This document shows positions 36,249 through 46,731 of a stretch of DNA of 64,000 bases, piece by piece; the stretch's first letter is position 1, and each line of letters begins with the position of its first letter. Source of the stretch: Coriobacteriia bacterium (GTDB lineage: Bacteria > Actinomycetota > Coriobacteriia > Coriobacteriales > UMGS124); assembly GCA_018368455.1 (NCBI GenBank), contig JAGZEG010000005.1, positions 104,654 through 168,653 of the forward strand, read 5' to 3'. A program made the position numbers and the translations under genes. The notes under the pieces were generated by a model. That model was not told where the DNA came from, made no database searches, and worked only from the letters and a program-made list of their open reading frames with translations.

Positions 36249-38685
36249 ATGTTCGCACGAATTCTCTTTGTGGGCGCGATGCCCTTGGCGGAAGCGGACC
36301 CCTCGTTTCGCCTCTGTGCGGAGCTGCGTTGCGCGGGCCATGCCGTGCAGCTCTGCGACCATCTGCTTGAAGATGGGGACGCCGCCCGAGAGCTTGCGTC
36401 TATGTGCGATACATTCCGCCCCAGCCTCATCCTGTGGGATGCGGACGCTCTTTCGATCGACGAAGCCTGTGTCTCGGTTCTCTCCCGCATGGCCTGTTGT
36501 CTGGCGGTCCTCACGGCCCGATCCGTCGGGGATGAGCTGGATAGGGGTGGGCTCTGTGCCGTGTTCGGCCCGGGGCTGCCTGACGACGCGGTTTTCGTGA
36601 CGCGTGGCAAGGCAAATTGTCTGGCGCGCGGTGCTTTCGATGCAGCGCTTTCCTGCGCGCCCGACGAGACGTATATGGAGGCGCGCGCGGCGACGGAGGG
36701 CCTGACTGGGCGCTCGGGCATCGCTTTTCTGCAAAAGCGAACCGAAGAGCGTGCCCAGCTGCTGGCCCGTGTCTTTGATTCGACGGGTTTACCGGCGGCG
36801 TTTTTCGACCCGTCGTGGGGGACGTTGGGAAACGCCTTGGCCCCAGGCGAGCGCCCTGCTTTTAGCCTACGCTCGGTGCGTTTTGCCGTGTACTGCTCCG
36901 GTGTTGACGATGGACCGACGTATGCCCAGGTTGCTATGCGAATTGCAGAAGGCTGTCTTGTGCTCGTGGAGCGCGGGGCCCTGCCTTCGGCGGGATGCGA
37001 TGCTTTGACCGGCGCCCTGGTCCTGTTCGAGCCCAGTGAGCTCCCTTCCGTCGTCGCGTCCTACGAAGTCGACCCCGCCAGCTACGAGCGCGACCTGAAC
37101 CGCCAGCGGGATGCTGTCACGTCCCTGCCCAACCTCGGAGAAAGCCTTGCGCGTCTGCTGGACTCTCTTGATCGCAGGCAGTCCGCAGCGGGCGGCACGG
37201 CGCTTCTCGCGATGGAGAAACCAGCGCGGGTGTTCGTGCTCAATGGGTGGATCGGTGCTCGAAACTACGGCGACGATTTGCTTGCGCGTTTTACGATGGC
37301 ACGCGTCGCGCAGCGCTATCCAGAAGCCGTATTCCGCGTATTGGGTGCATCCCTGCCGCATGCCCGCCTCGATTTCGGGGTCGAAGCATTCGAGCCGACG
37401 GGAGGTGCCCCTGTCGAACGCGCGCTGGAGGGCGCGACTGCCCTTCTGTATCTCGGGGGCCTTCTCTTCGACGATCCGTCGGCGGTGACCGGGGGCGTTT
37501 CCGAGTTCATGCTCGACCCCTACATGGAGCCCTCTTTTCAGGCGAGTCTCGCTCTGTTCGCGCGTGCTCAAGGCATCCCCGCGATTGGCTTGGGCATTGG
37601 CGCCGGCCCGCTGTCCCGACCCGCCGCGCAGATGGCGGTGCGCCTCATGTCGCTGGCGCGCATGACGTTTCTGGTGCGGGACGCCCATACGTCCGACCTG
37701 CTTCTGGGAGCTGGGGTACCGGCTGAGTTCGTGAGCTTGAAGGCGGATCTCGTGTTGGGATCTGGAGACTACATTCGCTCTCATGCCTCTCGGAAGCTTC
37801 CCGGCGGCCTCGTGGCAGATGGTTACATTTGTCATATCCCTGCGCGACTGTGCGCTCAATCCTCCGAGCTTTGCCGATGACATGGCGCACATCGTGAGGT
37901 GTCTTGTCGGGCGAACGGGACTCTGCGCGGCGTTTGTCCCCTTTGATGTGGGAGACGTGGCCGTTCATGCCCGCGTGATTGACATCCTAAGGGAGCAGGG
38001 CGTGCAGTCGCGCTCCATCGTGTCGTTTGAGGAGCGCTTATCTGGACCGGATATCCTTGCGGTCATCGCGGGTTCACGCATGACGCTAGGCATGAGGTTG
38101 CACTGCTCGATTCTCCACCACGTTTTGGGCAAGCTCGCACTCGGCATCGACTATAACGACAAGGTTCATGCCCATTATGAGAGCATGGGGCAGCTTGACG
38201 TGCTGCTGGCGCTCGGCTCTTCTGCAGAGGACGCAGATGCCGCGATTGAGAGGGTGTTGGCGGACCAAGACCAGAGGTTATCCGTTATATCCGGGCACGT
38301 TGCCAGGGCCTCTCGCCTCGTCGACGAGGCGTTCGACGAGCTGTTCTCTCTGATAGACGCCACGGCAGAAGGCGACGCGAGCTCTCAGGAGATATGTGAA
38401 TGGAAGGCTCTTTCTGGTAGGGATGGCCTTTTCTTCTACCCGCGCACGGTTTCGCGCAGCAGGCGGGAAGAAATGCAGCAACGGTGCCACGTCGACGAGC
38501 TTGAGCGACGGGTCGCGCAGCTGAGCGACCAGCTCGAGCGAAGTGCGTCGGAGGCGGGCCGGCTGACTCGGGAGGTTGCCGATGTGCGCGCGTCTCACAG
38601 CTATCGGCTGGGCAACGCCCTCATGCGCATACCGGCCTACATCAAGCGCCGTTTTCGGGGCGAGGGCTCGGCGCCTCGGGGCTAA
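36249..38685 (+). pseudogene. CgeB-like N-terminal domain plus a CsaB-like polysaccharide pyruvyl transferase, interrupted by a 1-nt frameshift near 37815-37825. This may instead be an assembly error.
   Basis: ORF 36249..37880 carries VFVLNGWIGARNYGDDLL...LYLGGLLFDD...GIGAGPL...VRD...ADLVL. ORF 37783..38685, in the +1 frame, continues with VTFVISLRD...FVPFDVGD...GMRLHCSILH...GIDYNDKVHAHYESMG. Together they are collinear with a complete pyruvyl-transferase fold. Confidence 0.6.
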
Positions 38686-38883
38686 CACCTCAGGGTGAGG
38701 CACGAGACTGCACGCTGATGACACGCTCGATGCCACCCTGACTACAATCGATCCGCACGCAGTCGGCCTACATTTGTATAATGGAAGAAAAGCGCTTGGT
38801 GATGGGCCCCGCTGCGACGCTCGGTTGTGGGCGCGGCGGGGCCCATATGGTTGGCCCTGGGGCGCGCTGTCCAAGGAGGTCGT

Positions 38884-40572
38884 ATGCTCTCACGTAGTGG
38901 AATGCGCGTGTTCGCGTCTCTTGCTCTTTCCGCGCTCATCTCGGGGGGCGCAGGCGCTGCTGCGCTTGCCGAAGAGCCGCCGATCTTGTCCCTGGGAAGT
39001 TCGGCCGATCCTGCTCTTGTGGAGCCGTACGGCGAGGCCGAGGCTCCGGATTCCTTGGTCGGCGACGCTGCGCTTCCCTGTGAGGATGAGGAGGCCGGCC
39101 TCGGGTTCGATGCGGCGCCCGAAGGCGTGACCAAAGGCTCCGACAGCTGGCAAGCCGACGAAGGCGATACAGGCGAGGCCTACGATGAGGACGGCGCTGT
39201 CGATGGTGCCGCCGACCCCAGCGAGCAGGGCAATGGAGCAGGACCCGTCGAGGAGGAAGACGGCGTTCCTGTGGACGGGGACGCGCCTGCTGATTTGGAC
39301 GATACCATCGACGATGCCATAGATGGCGCCTCCCAGGTTCAGCCGACAAGCCCGGAGGCTGGGCTGCCTCAGGCGGGCGAATCTACCTCGCAGGACTCAT
39401 CTTCCGACGGGACTGCTGGCGGACGTTTGGGGGAGACAGGCCAGGCAGACTCTTCCGATGAGGCGGCCTCGTCTAACGAGGGCGGGGCGGATGCGCCGAT
39501 GTCGGGGGCATCTCTTCCCGTCCAGGGCGATGAGGCACCGGACGCTGAGGCCGATGCCGCTAAGAATGTGCCTGCGCGAACGGCCGGATGGCACACCGAA
39601 GGGGGCAAGACCTACTACGACGACGCGACTGGCGAGAGACTTGTTGGGGAGCACCGAATTGATGGTGCGTGGTATTACTTCGACCCTGACAACAATGGCG
39701 CCATGGCTACGGGGTTCGTGCGCCAGCCTATCTCGTCGGGCCCCGGCTCGTTCAAGGTCGCCTATTACGGCGACGACGGCAGGCGTTTGTCGGGCGTTCA
39801 GAGCGTTGACGGCAACACGTTCTTCTTCGATGACGTGTCCGGTGCCCTGTCGACGGGCTTCATTCGCCAAGACGCGAACGCGTTCAACTTCTACGACCTT
39901 GGCAGCGGGACTCGGCTGTACGGTCAGCAGGTCATTCACGACCAGCTGCGCCATTTCGACGAAGCGACGGGAGCTCTCTCGACGGGGCTCACGACGCTTA
40001 CGGGAGAAGACGCAAAGACGGTCTACTACGACCCCTTTGACGGCTCTATGCAGTATGGCCAGCAGTATGTCGATGGTCGATGGCACTTCTTCGATGAGGA
40101 TACAGGCCGCATGTATACGGCCGAGGAGGAGCGGGATCGCGTCCTGGCGGTTGCCTATGACTCTGTCGGGCAGTCTGAGGGACAGGCGTGGGGATACCAG
40201 AATGACGTCGTTGCCGCAGGTGGGCGCTACTGCATTGAGGGTCCCTGTATGAGCTTCGTGTGGCACTGCTTCAAAGCGGCGGGCATGGATCGGTTCCTCG
40301 CTGACGGGTTCGTGTCTGGCTGGCCGCATGAAGTGTATGACTACATGTGGTGGCATGGGCAGGCGTCTTCAACGCCCCGAGTCGGAGACGTCGTTTTCTT
40401 CAAGTATCCCGGCACGTTTGCCGAAAGGGACGACCTGTCAGCAAGTCATGCCGAGATTGTCGTCGAAGTAAACGATACTTATATTCTATCAATAGGCGCT
40501 CTCGAAGGGGGTATCCAGGTGCATTATTTCCCCTATGACTATATCGTTGGGTATGGCGTGCCGAGCTACTGA
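38884..40572 (+). CDS. Secreted wall hydrolase: signal peptide, acidic linker, cell-wall-binding (CW_binding_1-type) repeats, then a C-terminal CHAP / papain-like amidase
   Basis: ATG 38884 follows AAGGAGG. Signal peptide MRVFASLALSALISGGAGAAALA. Repeats GWHTEGGKTYYDD...IDGAWYYFD. C-terminal domain CMSFVWHCFKAAG...GDVVFF...SHAEIVV. Confidence 0.8.
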   Translation: MLSRSGMRVFASLALSALISGGAGAAALAEEPPILSLGSSADPALVEPYGEAEAPDSLVGDAALPCEDEEAGLGFDAAPEGVTKGSDSWQADEGDTGEAYDEDGAVDGAADPSEQGNGAGPVEEEDGVPVDGDAPADLDDTIDDAIDGASQVQPTSPEAGLPQAGESTSQDSSSDGTAGGRLGETGQADSSDEAASSNEGGADAPMSGASLPVQGDEAPDAEADAAKNVPARTAGWHTEGGKTYYDDATGERLVGEHRIDGAWYYFDPDNNGAMATGFVRQPISSGPGSFKVAYYGDDGRRLSGVQSVDGNTFFFDDVSGALSTGFIRQDANAFNFYDLGSGTRLYGQQVIHDQLRHFDEATGALSTGLTTLTGEDAKTVYYDPFDGSMQYGQQYVDGRWHFFDEDTGRMYTAEEERDRVLAVAYDSVGQSEGQAWGYQNDVVAAGGRYCIEGPCMSFVWHCFKAAGMDRFLADGFVSGWPHEVYDYMWWHGQASSTPRVGDVVFFKYPGTFAERDDLSASHAEIVVEVNDTYILSIGALEGGIQVHYFPYDYIVGYGVPSY

Positions 40573-40626
40573 CACTGAGGGTGCACTCGTGTTGTGGGAA
40601 CGAGACTCTGGAAAGGAGTTGGCCGA

Positions 40627-42744
40627 ATGCTTTTCAGGATGGGAGCGCGCACGTTCGCGTCGTTGTCCCTGACGGCGGTTGTTGCATGCTCGGCGATGGG
40701 ATCCGTAGCGCTGGCAAGCGAGAGCGCGACGGTTGAACCAAGCGGGCAGGAAGTGGCTGTTCCGGAGTTCTTCACGAGCGGCTCTGGCGACGACGTCGCA
40801 GGGGTGCTCATTGACGAGTCGTCTCTGTTGACGCCCGACTCTGCTGCACCGAGCGATATGCCGGGTGATGTGTCGGAGGGCTCCGTCGCGACGCCTGAGG
40901 ATACGGCATCTTCTGGCGACCTGGTTGCCGAGCCTCCGGCCGGCGGCGCGGGGAACTCCGGGGATGTTATCCCGCCGCAGGGGGATCCTGCTGCTCCAGA
41001 GGATGCTCCGGCGTCCGAGGGCACCGGGGAGTTTGGGACTGACGAGGCCCCGGCGTCCGGGACTGACGCTGCCCCCGGCGACGACGTGCCGCCCGTAGAG
41101 AATGATGCAGCTCTTGATGAGGCTGCTCCCGACGTGCCGGATATCGATGCCGGCGCTGCCGAAGGCGCAACCGAGCCGGGGATCGAGGAGGGGGTTCCTG
41201 CCGATCCCAAGCCCTCTTCACCCACCGCTCCCGAGGCCAGCGCGCCTGAGACGGATCCCTCTCCGGAAGGGGGGCAGGATCCAGACGTCTCGTCTCCGGA
41301 CGTCGCTGTGGATTCATCTGCCGACAAGGGGGAGGCTGACTCCGGGGTGGCTAGCGCTCCCGAAGAGGACACTGCGGACAAGGCAACCGCGCAGACCGGC
41401 TGGGTTGTCGATAAGCAGACCGGCAAGCGCTACTACTACGGCGAAGATGGCCAAAAGGCGTCCGGCGAGCTGAAGATCGATGGCAAGTGGTACTACTTCG
41501 ATCCCACTTCGGACAATGCCATGACGACCGGCTTCGCGCGCGTCGCGGTGTCCTCGGGGTCCGGCTCGTTTAAGGTGACGTATTACGGCAAGGATGGCGT
41601 TCGCGTCTCCGGCTCGCGCACCATTGACGGCGACTCGTACTACTTCGACAAGACGACGGGAGCCATGACGACGGGTTTCCTGCGCGATCCTAGCGGCAAG
41701 GGCTACTCGTTCCACGCGCTGGACGATGGCCGCAAACTCACCGGCGAGCAGCCCCTCCACGGCGGCTGGCGCGATTTCGGTGCCGACGGCTTCATGGAGG
41801 TCGGGTTCGGCACGGCGGAGCAGGGAGGCCCCTCAAGGAAAGTCTACTATGACGAGTACGACGGCGCCCGGGCGAGTGGCGAGACGAACGTCAAAGGCAG
41901 TTGGTACTATTTCAACCCCACCAATGGCGCCATGGCGACGGGGCTGACTGAGGTCACCACCCAGCAGGGCGGCGTGAAGACCGCCCTGTACGGCAGCGAC
42001 GGCAAGAGGAAGTACGGCGAGCAGTACCTCAATGGCGGCTGGTACTACTTCGACGAGGCCGACGGCCATATGCTCACCGGCTGGAAGTGGCTCAACAACG
42101 GCGATCGCATGGTCTACTACGGTGCCGACGGACGCATGCTGCACGGCACGCACGTCATCGACGGGTATCGTCGCGTCTTCGACAACGAGACCGGCGCCGT
42201 CAACAAGTACGGGTACCAGAACCCTCTCGGGTACTACCAGGTGAGCACCTGGAACGTATGGGTCCCCAACTACTCGGGTAACCCGGCCTTTTCGTACGTC
42301 TCGCCGTCGCAGATTGGTCTTGCCGCCGATCGCTGGGACTGCATCGAGACGTTTATCAGCCGCGCCTATGATTACATGTATACGCCGTACGTGTGGGATT
42401 ACGCGCTGGCACCTGGCGTTGGCATCGACTGCGCTGGCCTGGTCATGCAGGCGCTCTATGCGACGGGCATGGACCTCGGCAGCGGCTACACGCCTTACGA
42501 CCATTACTTCACGCCCGGTCACGACCACTACGCCAACGACATGGCGGCCGACCCGGGTTTCATGACGGTGCCGTTCTCCGATCGCCAGCGTGGTGACCTG
42601 ATCTTCTATCCGGGCCATGTTGCCATCTATCTGGGGGACGATCTGGTTATCGACTCGTTCCCCGGCAACGGGTACTACGGCGTTGCCGTTCGCAGCATGT
42701 GGCACTACGACGTCAACTACATCGTAAAGAGGCCGTTTGTGTAA
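40627..42744 (+). CDS. Secreted wall hydrolase: signal peptide, acidic linker, cell-wall-binding repeats, then a C-terminal NlpC/P60 domain
   Basis: RBS GAAAGGAG. Repeats GWVVDKQTGKRYYYGEDG...IDGKWYYFD. NlpC/P60 motif GIDCAGLVMQALY...GDLIFYPGHVAIYLG. Confidence 0.85.
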   Translation: MLFRMGARTFASLSLTAVVACSAMGSVALASESATVEPSGQEVAVPEFFTSGSGDDVAGVLIDESSLLTPDSAAPSDMPGDVSEGSVATPEDTASSGDLVAEPPAGGAGNSGDVIPPQGDPAAPEDAPASEGTGEFGTDEAPASGTDAAPGDDVPPVENDAALDEAAPDVPDIDAGAAEGATEPGIEEGVPADPKPSSPTAPEASAPETDPSPEGGQDPDVSSPDVAVDSSADKGEADSGVASAPEEDTADKATAQTGWVVDKQTGKRYYYGEDGQKASGELKIDGKWYYFDPTSDNAMTTGFARVAVSSGSGSFKVTYYGKDGVRVSGSRTIDGDSYYFDKTTGAMTTGFLRDPSGKGYSFHALDDGRKLTGEQPLHGGWRDFGADGFMEVGFGTAEQGGPSRKVYYDEYDGARASGETNVKGSWYYFNPTNGAMATGLTEVTTQQGGVKTALYGSDGKRKYGEQYLNGGWYYFDEADGHMLTGWKWLNNGDRMVYYGADGRMLHGTHVIDGYRRVFDNETGAVNKYGYQNPLGYYQVSTWNVWVPNYSGNPAFSYVSPSQIGLAADRWDCIETFISRAYDYMYTPYVWDYALAPGVGIDCAGLVMQALYATGMDLGSGYTPYDHYFTPGHDHYANDMAADPGFMTVPFSDRQRGDLIFYPGHVAIYLGDDLVIDSFPGNGYYGVAVRSMWHYDVNYIVKRPFV

Positions 42745-42870
42745 GGAGTTGCGGATGCCGGGCGGTCTTTCTGGATGCGTGCTGTCCTGATTGGCTGTAC
42801 CGAAATCCGAAGGGGCCAAGCGAGGCAGAACTCGAGTTCCGCCCGAGGAATTGAGTGAAGGGATAGTCCT

Positions 42871-44253
42871 GTGACTGAACGACTGAGAAGAACTGCGTCA
42901 CGTGCCCTTGCCGTGATGCTGGCCATCTTGTTGGTGTGCGCGTGCGTGCTGCCTGGGACCGCGCAGGCTGCTCCGTCGCGCTTCCCTGATGTGGACAGCA
43001 CGCACTGGGCAGTGGACGAGGGGTGGATCGACTACGTTGCGGACAACCGGATCATGACCGGCGATTCTGCAACTGGTAACTTCCTCCCCGAGAGCGGTAT
43101 CACGCGAGGACAGTTCGCCACCGTTCTCTATCGCATCGCGAACCCCGGGAGCGATGCGACGACGAATCCCTCCCACTTCGAGCAAGCCTCGAAATTCCCG
43201 GATGTCGCGGGCGGGGTGTACTACACGGCCGCGATCAATTGGTGCCGCGATAACGGCATCACGACGGGAGACTCTGCGACTGGTAACTTCCTCCCTGAGG
43301 ACAACATCACGCGTGCGCAGCTGGCTACGATGGCATACCGGTTCGCACGGGTCATGGGTGCCGACGTGGACAATATCGACTACAGCGCGTTTAACGCAAC
43401 GCCTGACGGGGATCTCGTTCCCGGCTCGATGTTCGACTATGCGTATGTGCCCCTGGCATGGGCGGCTGATCGCGGCGTGCTGACGGGTACGATCGATGAC
43501 GGCGTTGCCTGGCTCGACGTCCGCGCGACGGCGACGCGTGCGCAGGCGGCGAAGGTCCTCACCGTTCTCAAGCGCGACGTCGTCGAGATGAGCGGCGTCT
43601 ACACGGTCGCCTTCAACTCCAACGGCGGATCTATCGTTCCTTCCCAGACGGTGACGTCGGGCAACAAGGCTCAGCGCGCCTATCCGACGCGCAATGGATA
43701 TGTCTTCTGGGACTGGTATGCCGATAAAGAGCTGACGCGGGTCTACGGTTTCGACTCCAACGTGACTGGCAACATCACGCTGTATGCGAAGTGGGTGACC
43801 AAGCAAGAGGCCCTGGCCATGGGCGAGGAAGCCGAGGCGCGCGGCATCGACATCGTGGCGCTTGCCGCAGAGGTCGAGGCCGAGGAGAGGGCTGCCCAGC
43901 CCGAGGAACCGGTTGCTGATGTGCCTGTGACGGATGAGACCGGTGACCCCTCCGTTTCGGCTGACGAGGATCCCTCCATGCCGGATGAGCCTGTCGACCA
44001 GCCGGTTGTTTCCGAGCCCGATGAGGTGCCTGGCGATAGCGATGAACCCGTCATCGATGGCCCCGCGGTGCAGCCCGGCACGGACGATGGCTCGACGGAC
44101 GAGCCCACGTCGCCTGACTCCTCTGGGGCCGGCGATGGAGCGGCTGATTCCGATGCCGCTACCGATGTCGACGGGGCTTCCGAGCCATCCGAGCCTGCCG
44201 TGGCGAATGGGGCCGACGCTGATGCCCCCGGGGAGTATGTCCCCGCTGCATAG
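42871..44253 (+). CDS. Secreted protein with 3 SLH domains, a Listeria-Bacteroides-type (Flg_new) repeat and an acidic tail
   Basis: Signal peptide ...LPGTAQA. SLH motifs FPDVDSTHWA...ITRGQFATVLYR, FPDVAGGVYY...ITRAQLATMAYR, and TRAQAAKVLTVL. Flg_new repeat YTVAFNSNGGS...NGYVFWDWYADKELT. GTG start. Confidence 0.8.
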   Translation: MTERLRRTASRALAVMLAILLVCACVLPGTAQAAPSRFPDVDSTHWAVDEGWIDYVADNRIMTGDSATGNFLPESGITRGQFATVLYRIANPGSDATTNPSHFEQASKFPDVAGGVYYTAAINWCRDNGITTGDSATGNFLPEDNITRAQLATMAYRFARVMGADVDNIDYSAFNATPDGDLVPGSMFDYAYVPLAWAADRGVLTGTIDDGVAWLDVRATATRAQAAKVLTVLKRDVVEMSGVYTVAFNSNGGSIVPSQTVTSGNKAQRAYPTRNGYVFWDWYADKELTRVYGFDSNVTGNITLYAKWVTKQEALAMGEEAEARGIDIVALAAEVEAEERAAQPEEPVADVPVTDETGDPSVSADEDPSMPDEPVDQPVVSEPDEVPGDSDEPVIDGPAVQPGTDDGSTDEPTSPDSSGAGDGAADSDAATDVDGASEPSEPAVANGADADAPGEYVPAA

Positions 44254-44267
44254 CGCGTTTTGATATC

Positions 44268-44309
44268 TCGCGCGTCGCTTTCGAACAGGAGGCGACGCGC
44301 GATGTCTTT
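44268..44309 (+). terminator. Probable terminator
   Basis: tcgcgcgtcgc / gcgacgcgcga gives an 11-bp stem, then tgtcttt. Confidence 0.5.
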
Positions 44310-44321
44310 GAAAGGACGATT

Positions 44322-46658
44322 ATGCGACATAAAGAACGGGGAGCTTGCAGCTCAAGTGCCGGGGCGGGTCTGTGGGGCTGCCATTCTGCGGTCATGCTCG
44401 CGCTCGGGCTTTTGGTGGCGGTGTCGCTGGCGGGTTTTGCTCCGGCCGACAATGCCTGGGCTGGTGAGGCGGGGGAGGCTCCCGTTGGTGCTGTCCTGAC
44501 CGAGATGGCCGGCGCTGTCCCTCAACCTGCAGAGAGCGACGTCGCGGATCCGGATGCGTCACTCGCTGACGGTGCGACCTCCGATGGTGTTCTGGCGGAC
44601 GAAGCGGGAGCCTCGGGTCTTGATGGCTCAGACAGCGAGGACGCGTTCGTGTCCGACAGCGCAGAGGATGCTTCGGGATCTGAGGCTGGGCAGGGGACTG
44701 GCTCTGCTTCTCCTGATGAGGGCGGGGATCCTGCGGTGCCTGGCGCGGCTACAGATGGGTCTGCGGTGTCCGATGGCGACGAGACGCTTGCCGATTCGGT
44801 TTCGCCAGAGGTCTCGGCCACCCTCGATGCTTCCGATGGCGAGGGATCCGCGTCCCTTCTTGGTGACGAGGAGTCGGCTCCCGTTTCTTCGACGGGAGTC
44901 GGCTTCGTCTATGTCGACGAGATGGCTCCAACCCTTGGGAGCACGCAGAGCGTTGCCGTTGTCCTCGACGATGACCAGCTCGTGCTGACCGGGGCGCGCC
45001 TCGCCTACGCTGATGGTACGGGCACCACCCGAGAGATCGATGCCTCGGCTCTGGCTGGCAACGCGGCCCTCTTCCAGTTCTCTCTGGATGCCCTTGGCAC
45101 ATACCAGCTTACGGGGCTGAAGTACGATGCCATCTCCGCTGAGGGAACGACAATCTCCGGCGCGGTTCTCGACTTCGCGGGCATCGCCGACTCGGCGTGG
45201 TCATTCACGGTATCCGATGGCACTAGCGTCGCTTCTATCGAAGACGGCGCGGAAGAGCTGGGCGCTGCCTCAATGTACGGGATTGCCAGCGATGGTTCTC
45301 TGTGCGAAGTCGGCTCCTTGGCTGAAGCGGCGTCGCTTTCGGGTCTGGACGCCACGTTTCGCACGATTGGCCGTGATGCGAGCTCCGGCGAGTTCGTTAT
45401 CGCGCTTGACCCCGGCCACGGCGGCTACGATTCCGGTGCGATTGGATATGGCCTGCAAGAAAAAGACCTCACGTGGGCTATCACGCTTTACTGCAAAGAG
45501 GCTCTCGAGCAGTATCCCGGGGTTCGCGTCGTGCTCACTCGTTCCGAGGACGAATGCCCGTCTATTTGGGATCGCGTGCAGCGTGCCTACGATGCCGGGG
45601 CCAACGTGCTCGTGAGCATCCACATCAATTCCGATCCCAGCGGCTCGGCCTCGGGCGCAGAGATCTGGTTTCCCAACGGCAGCTCTTGGAAGTACGCACA
45701 GACGCATGTTCCGGGCGAACAGCTTGCGCAAAACGTGCTGGACAAACTGGTGGCGCTGGGCTTGAACGACCGCGGCATAAGGGTCCGCACGATGCTGATC
45801 AGCGAGATCGAGGGCCCGTCCGACATCAACCCTGATGGATCTGCGGCGGACTATTACGGCATCCTGCGCTATGCGCGTCGCCTTGGTTTCACGGGCGTCA
45901 TTGTCGAGCACGCCTACATCTCCAGCTGGAGTGACGCTCAGCTTATGGGGTCTGATGCCATGCTGCGCCAAATGGGCTATGCCGATGCCGAGGGAATCGC
46001 CCAAACGTATGGCATAGGGACGGATCTTGCCTCCCCGTTTGGTGATACCCTGCCGGGCTCGTGGTACATGGCGCAGGGGTGGATCCCCTATGTCGTGGAG
46101 AACGGTTTGATGACCGGTGCGAAGGACGACGACGGCGTAGCGCGCAACTTTTATCCTGATGATTATCTGACACGTGGCCAGGTCGCCACAATTCTCTACC
46201 GTGCCGCAAATCCGAACTCGACGGACACGACTGACCCCGCCGCCTATGCCCAGTACTCGGGCTTCCCCGACACCGGGGAGTACCTCTACTACAACGCGGC
46301 CATCTCCTGGTGCGCCGAACAGGGCATTGTGACCGGTTACAACGGCAACGACGGAAATGCCGGCAAGTTCCTGGCCGACCGACCTATCACGCGCGAAGAG
46401 CTCGCCACGATGGTCTGGCGTTTTGCCGAGAAATGGGCGGGCGTCGACGTCTCCAACCCGGACCCCACCAACTTTAACAAGTTCACCGACAAGGAAGAAA
46501 TGTGGGCGTATGGCATAGACGCCATCAGGTGGTGCGCGTCCGAGGGCATCATCACGGGTGACGACCTTACCAAGCGGATGCTGCCAAACGAGTCGGCGAC
46601 GCGCGCCCAGGCCGCCAAGGTAATCACCGTTCTTCACCGCGACGTGCTCGGCGCATAA
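44322..46658 (+). CDS. N-acetylmuramoyl-L-alanine amidase (Amidase_3) with an acidic N-terminal region and C-terminal SLH domains
   Basis: IALDPGHGGYDSGA...VSIHINS...GAEIW. C-terminal SLH motifs FGDTLPGSWY...LTRGQVATILYR, FPDTGEYLYY...ITREELATMVWR, and ATRAQAAKVITVL. Confidence 0.85.
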   Translation: MRHKERGACSSSAGAGLWGCHSAVMLALGLLVAVSLAGFAPADNAWAGEAGEAPVGAVLTEMAGAVPQPAESDVADPDASLADGATSDGVLADEAGASGLDGSDSEDAFVSDSAEDASGSEAGQGTGSASPDEGGDPAVPGAATDGSAVSDGDETLADSVSPEVSATLDASDGEGSASLLGDEESAPVSSTGVGFVYVDEMAPTLGSTQSVAVVLDDDQLVLTGARLAYADGTGTTREIDASALAGNAALFQFSLDALGTYQLTGLKYDAISAEGTTISGAVLDFAGIADSAWSFTVSDGTSVASIEDGAEELGAASMYGIASDGSLCEVGSLAEAASLSGLDATFRTIGRDASSGEFVIALDPGHGGYDSGAIGYGLQEKDLTWAITLYCKEALEQYPGVRVVLTRSEDECPSIWDRVQRAYDAGANVLVSIHINSDPSGSASGAEIWFPNGSSWKYAQTHVPGEQLAQNVLDKLVALGLNDRGIRVRTMLISEIEGPSDINPDGSAADYYGILRYARRLGFTGVIVEHAYISSWSDAQLMGSDAMLRQMGYADAEGIAQTYGIGTDLASPFGDTLPGSWYMAQGWIPYVVENGLMTGAKDDDGVARNFYPDDYLTRGQVATILYRAANPNSTDTTDPAAYAQYSGFPDTGEYLYYNAAISWCAEQGIVTGYNGNDGNAGKFLADRPITREELATMVWRFAEKWAGVDVSNPDPTNFNKFTDKEEMWAYGIDAIRWCASEGIITGDDLTKRMLPNESATRAQAAKVITVLHRDVLGA

Positions 46659-46667
46659 AACCCTTTC

Positions 46668-46706
46668 GGGCCGGCCGGGATGCTCTGCTTGAATCCCGGC
46701 CGGCCC
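46668..46706. terminator. Bidirectional terminator between convergent genes
   Basis: gggccggccggga / tcccggccggccc gives a perfect 13-bp stem with a 13-nt loop. Confidence 0.65.
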
Positions 46707-46731
46707 TTGCGTGCTGCGGGTTTGTGTCCGC

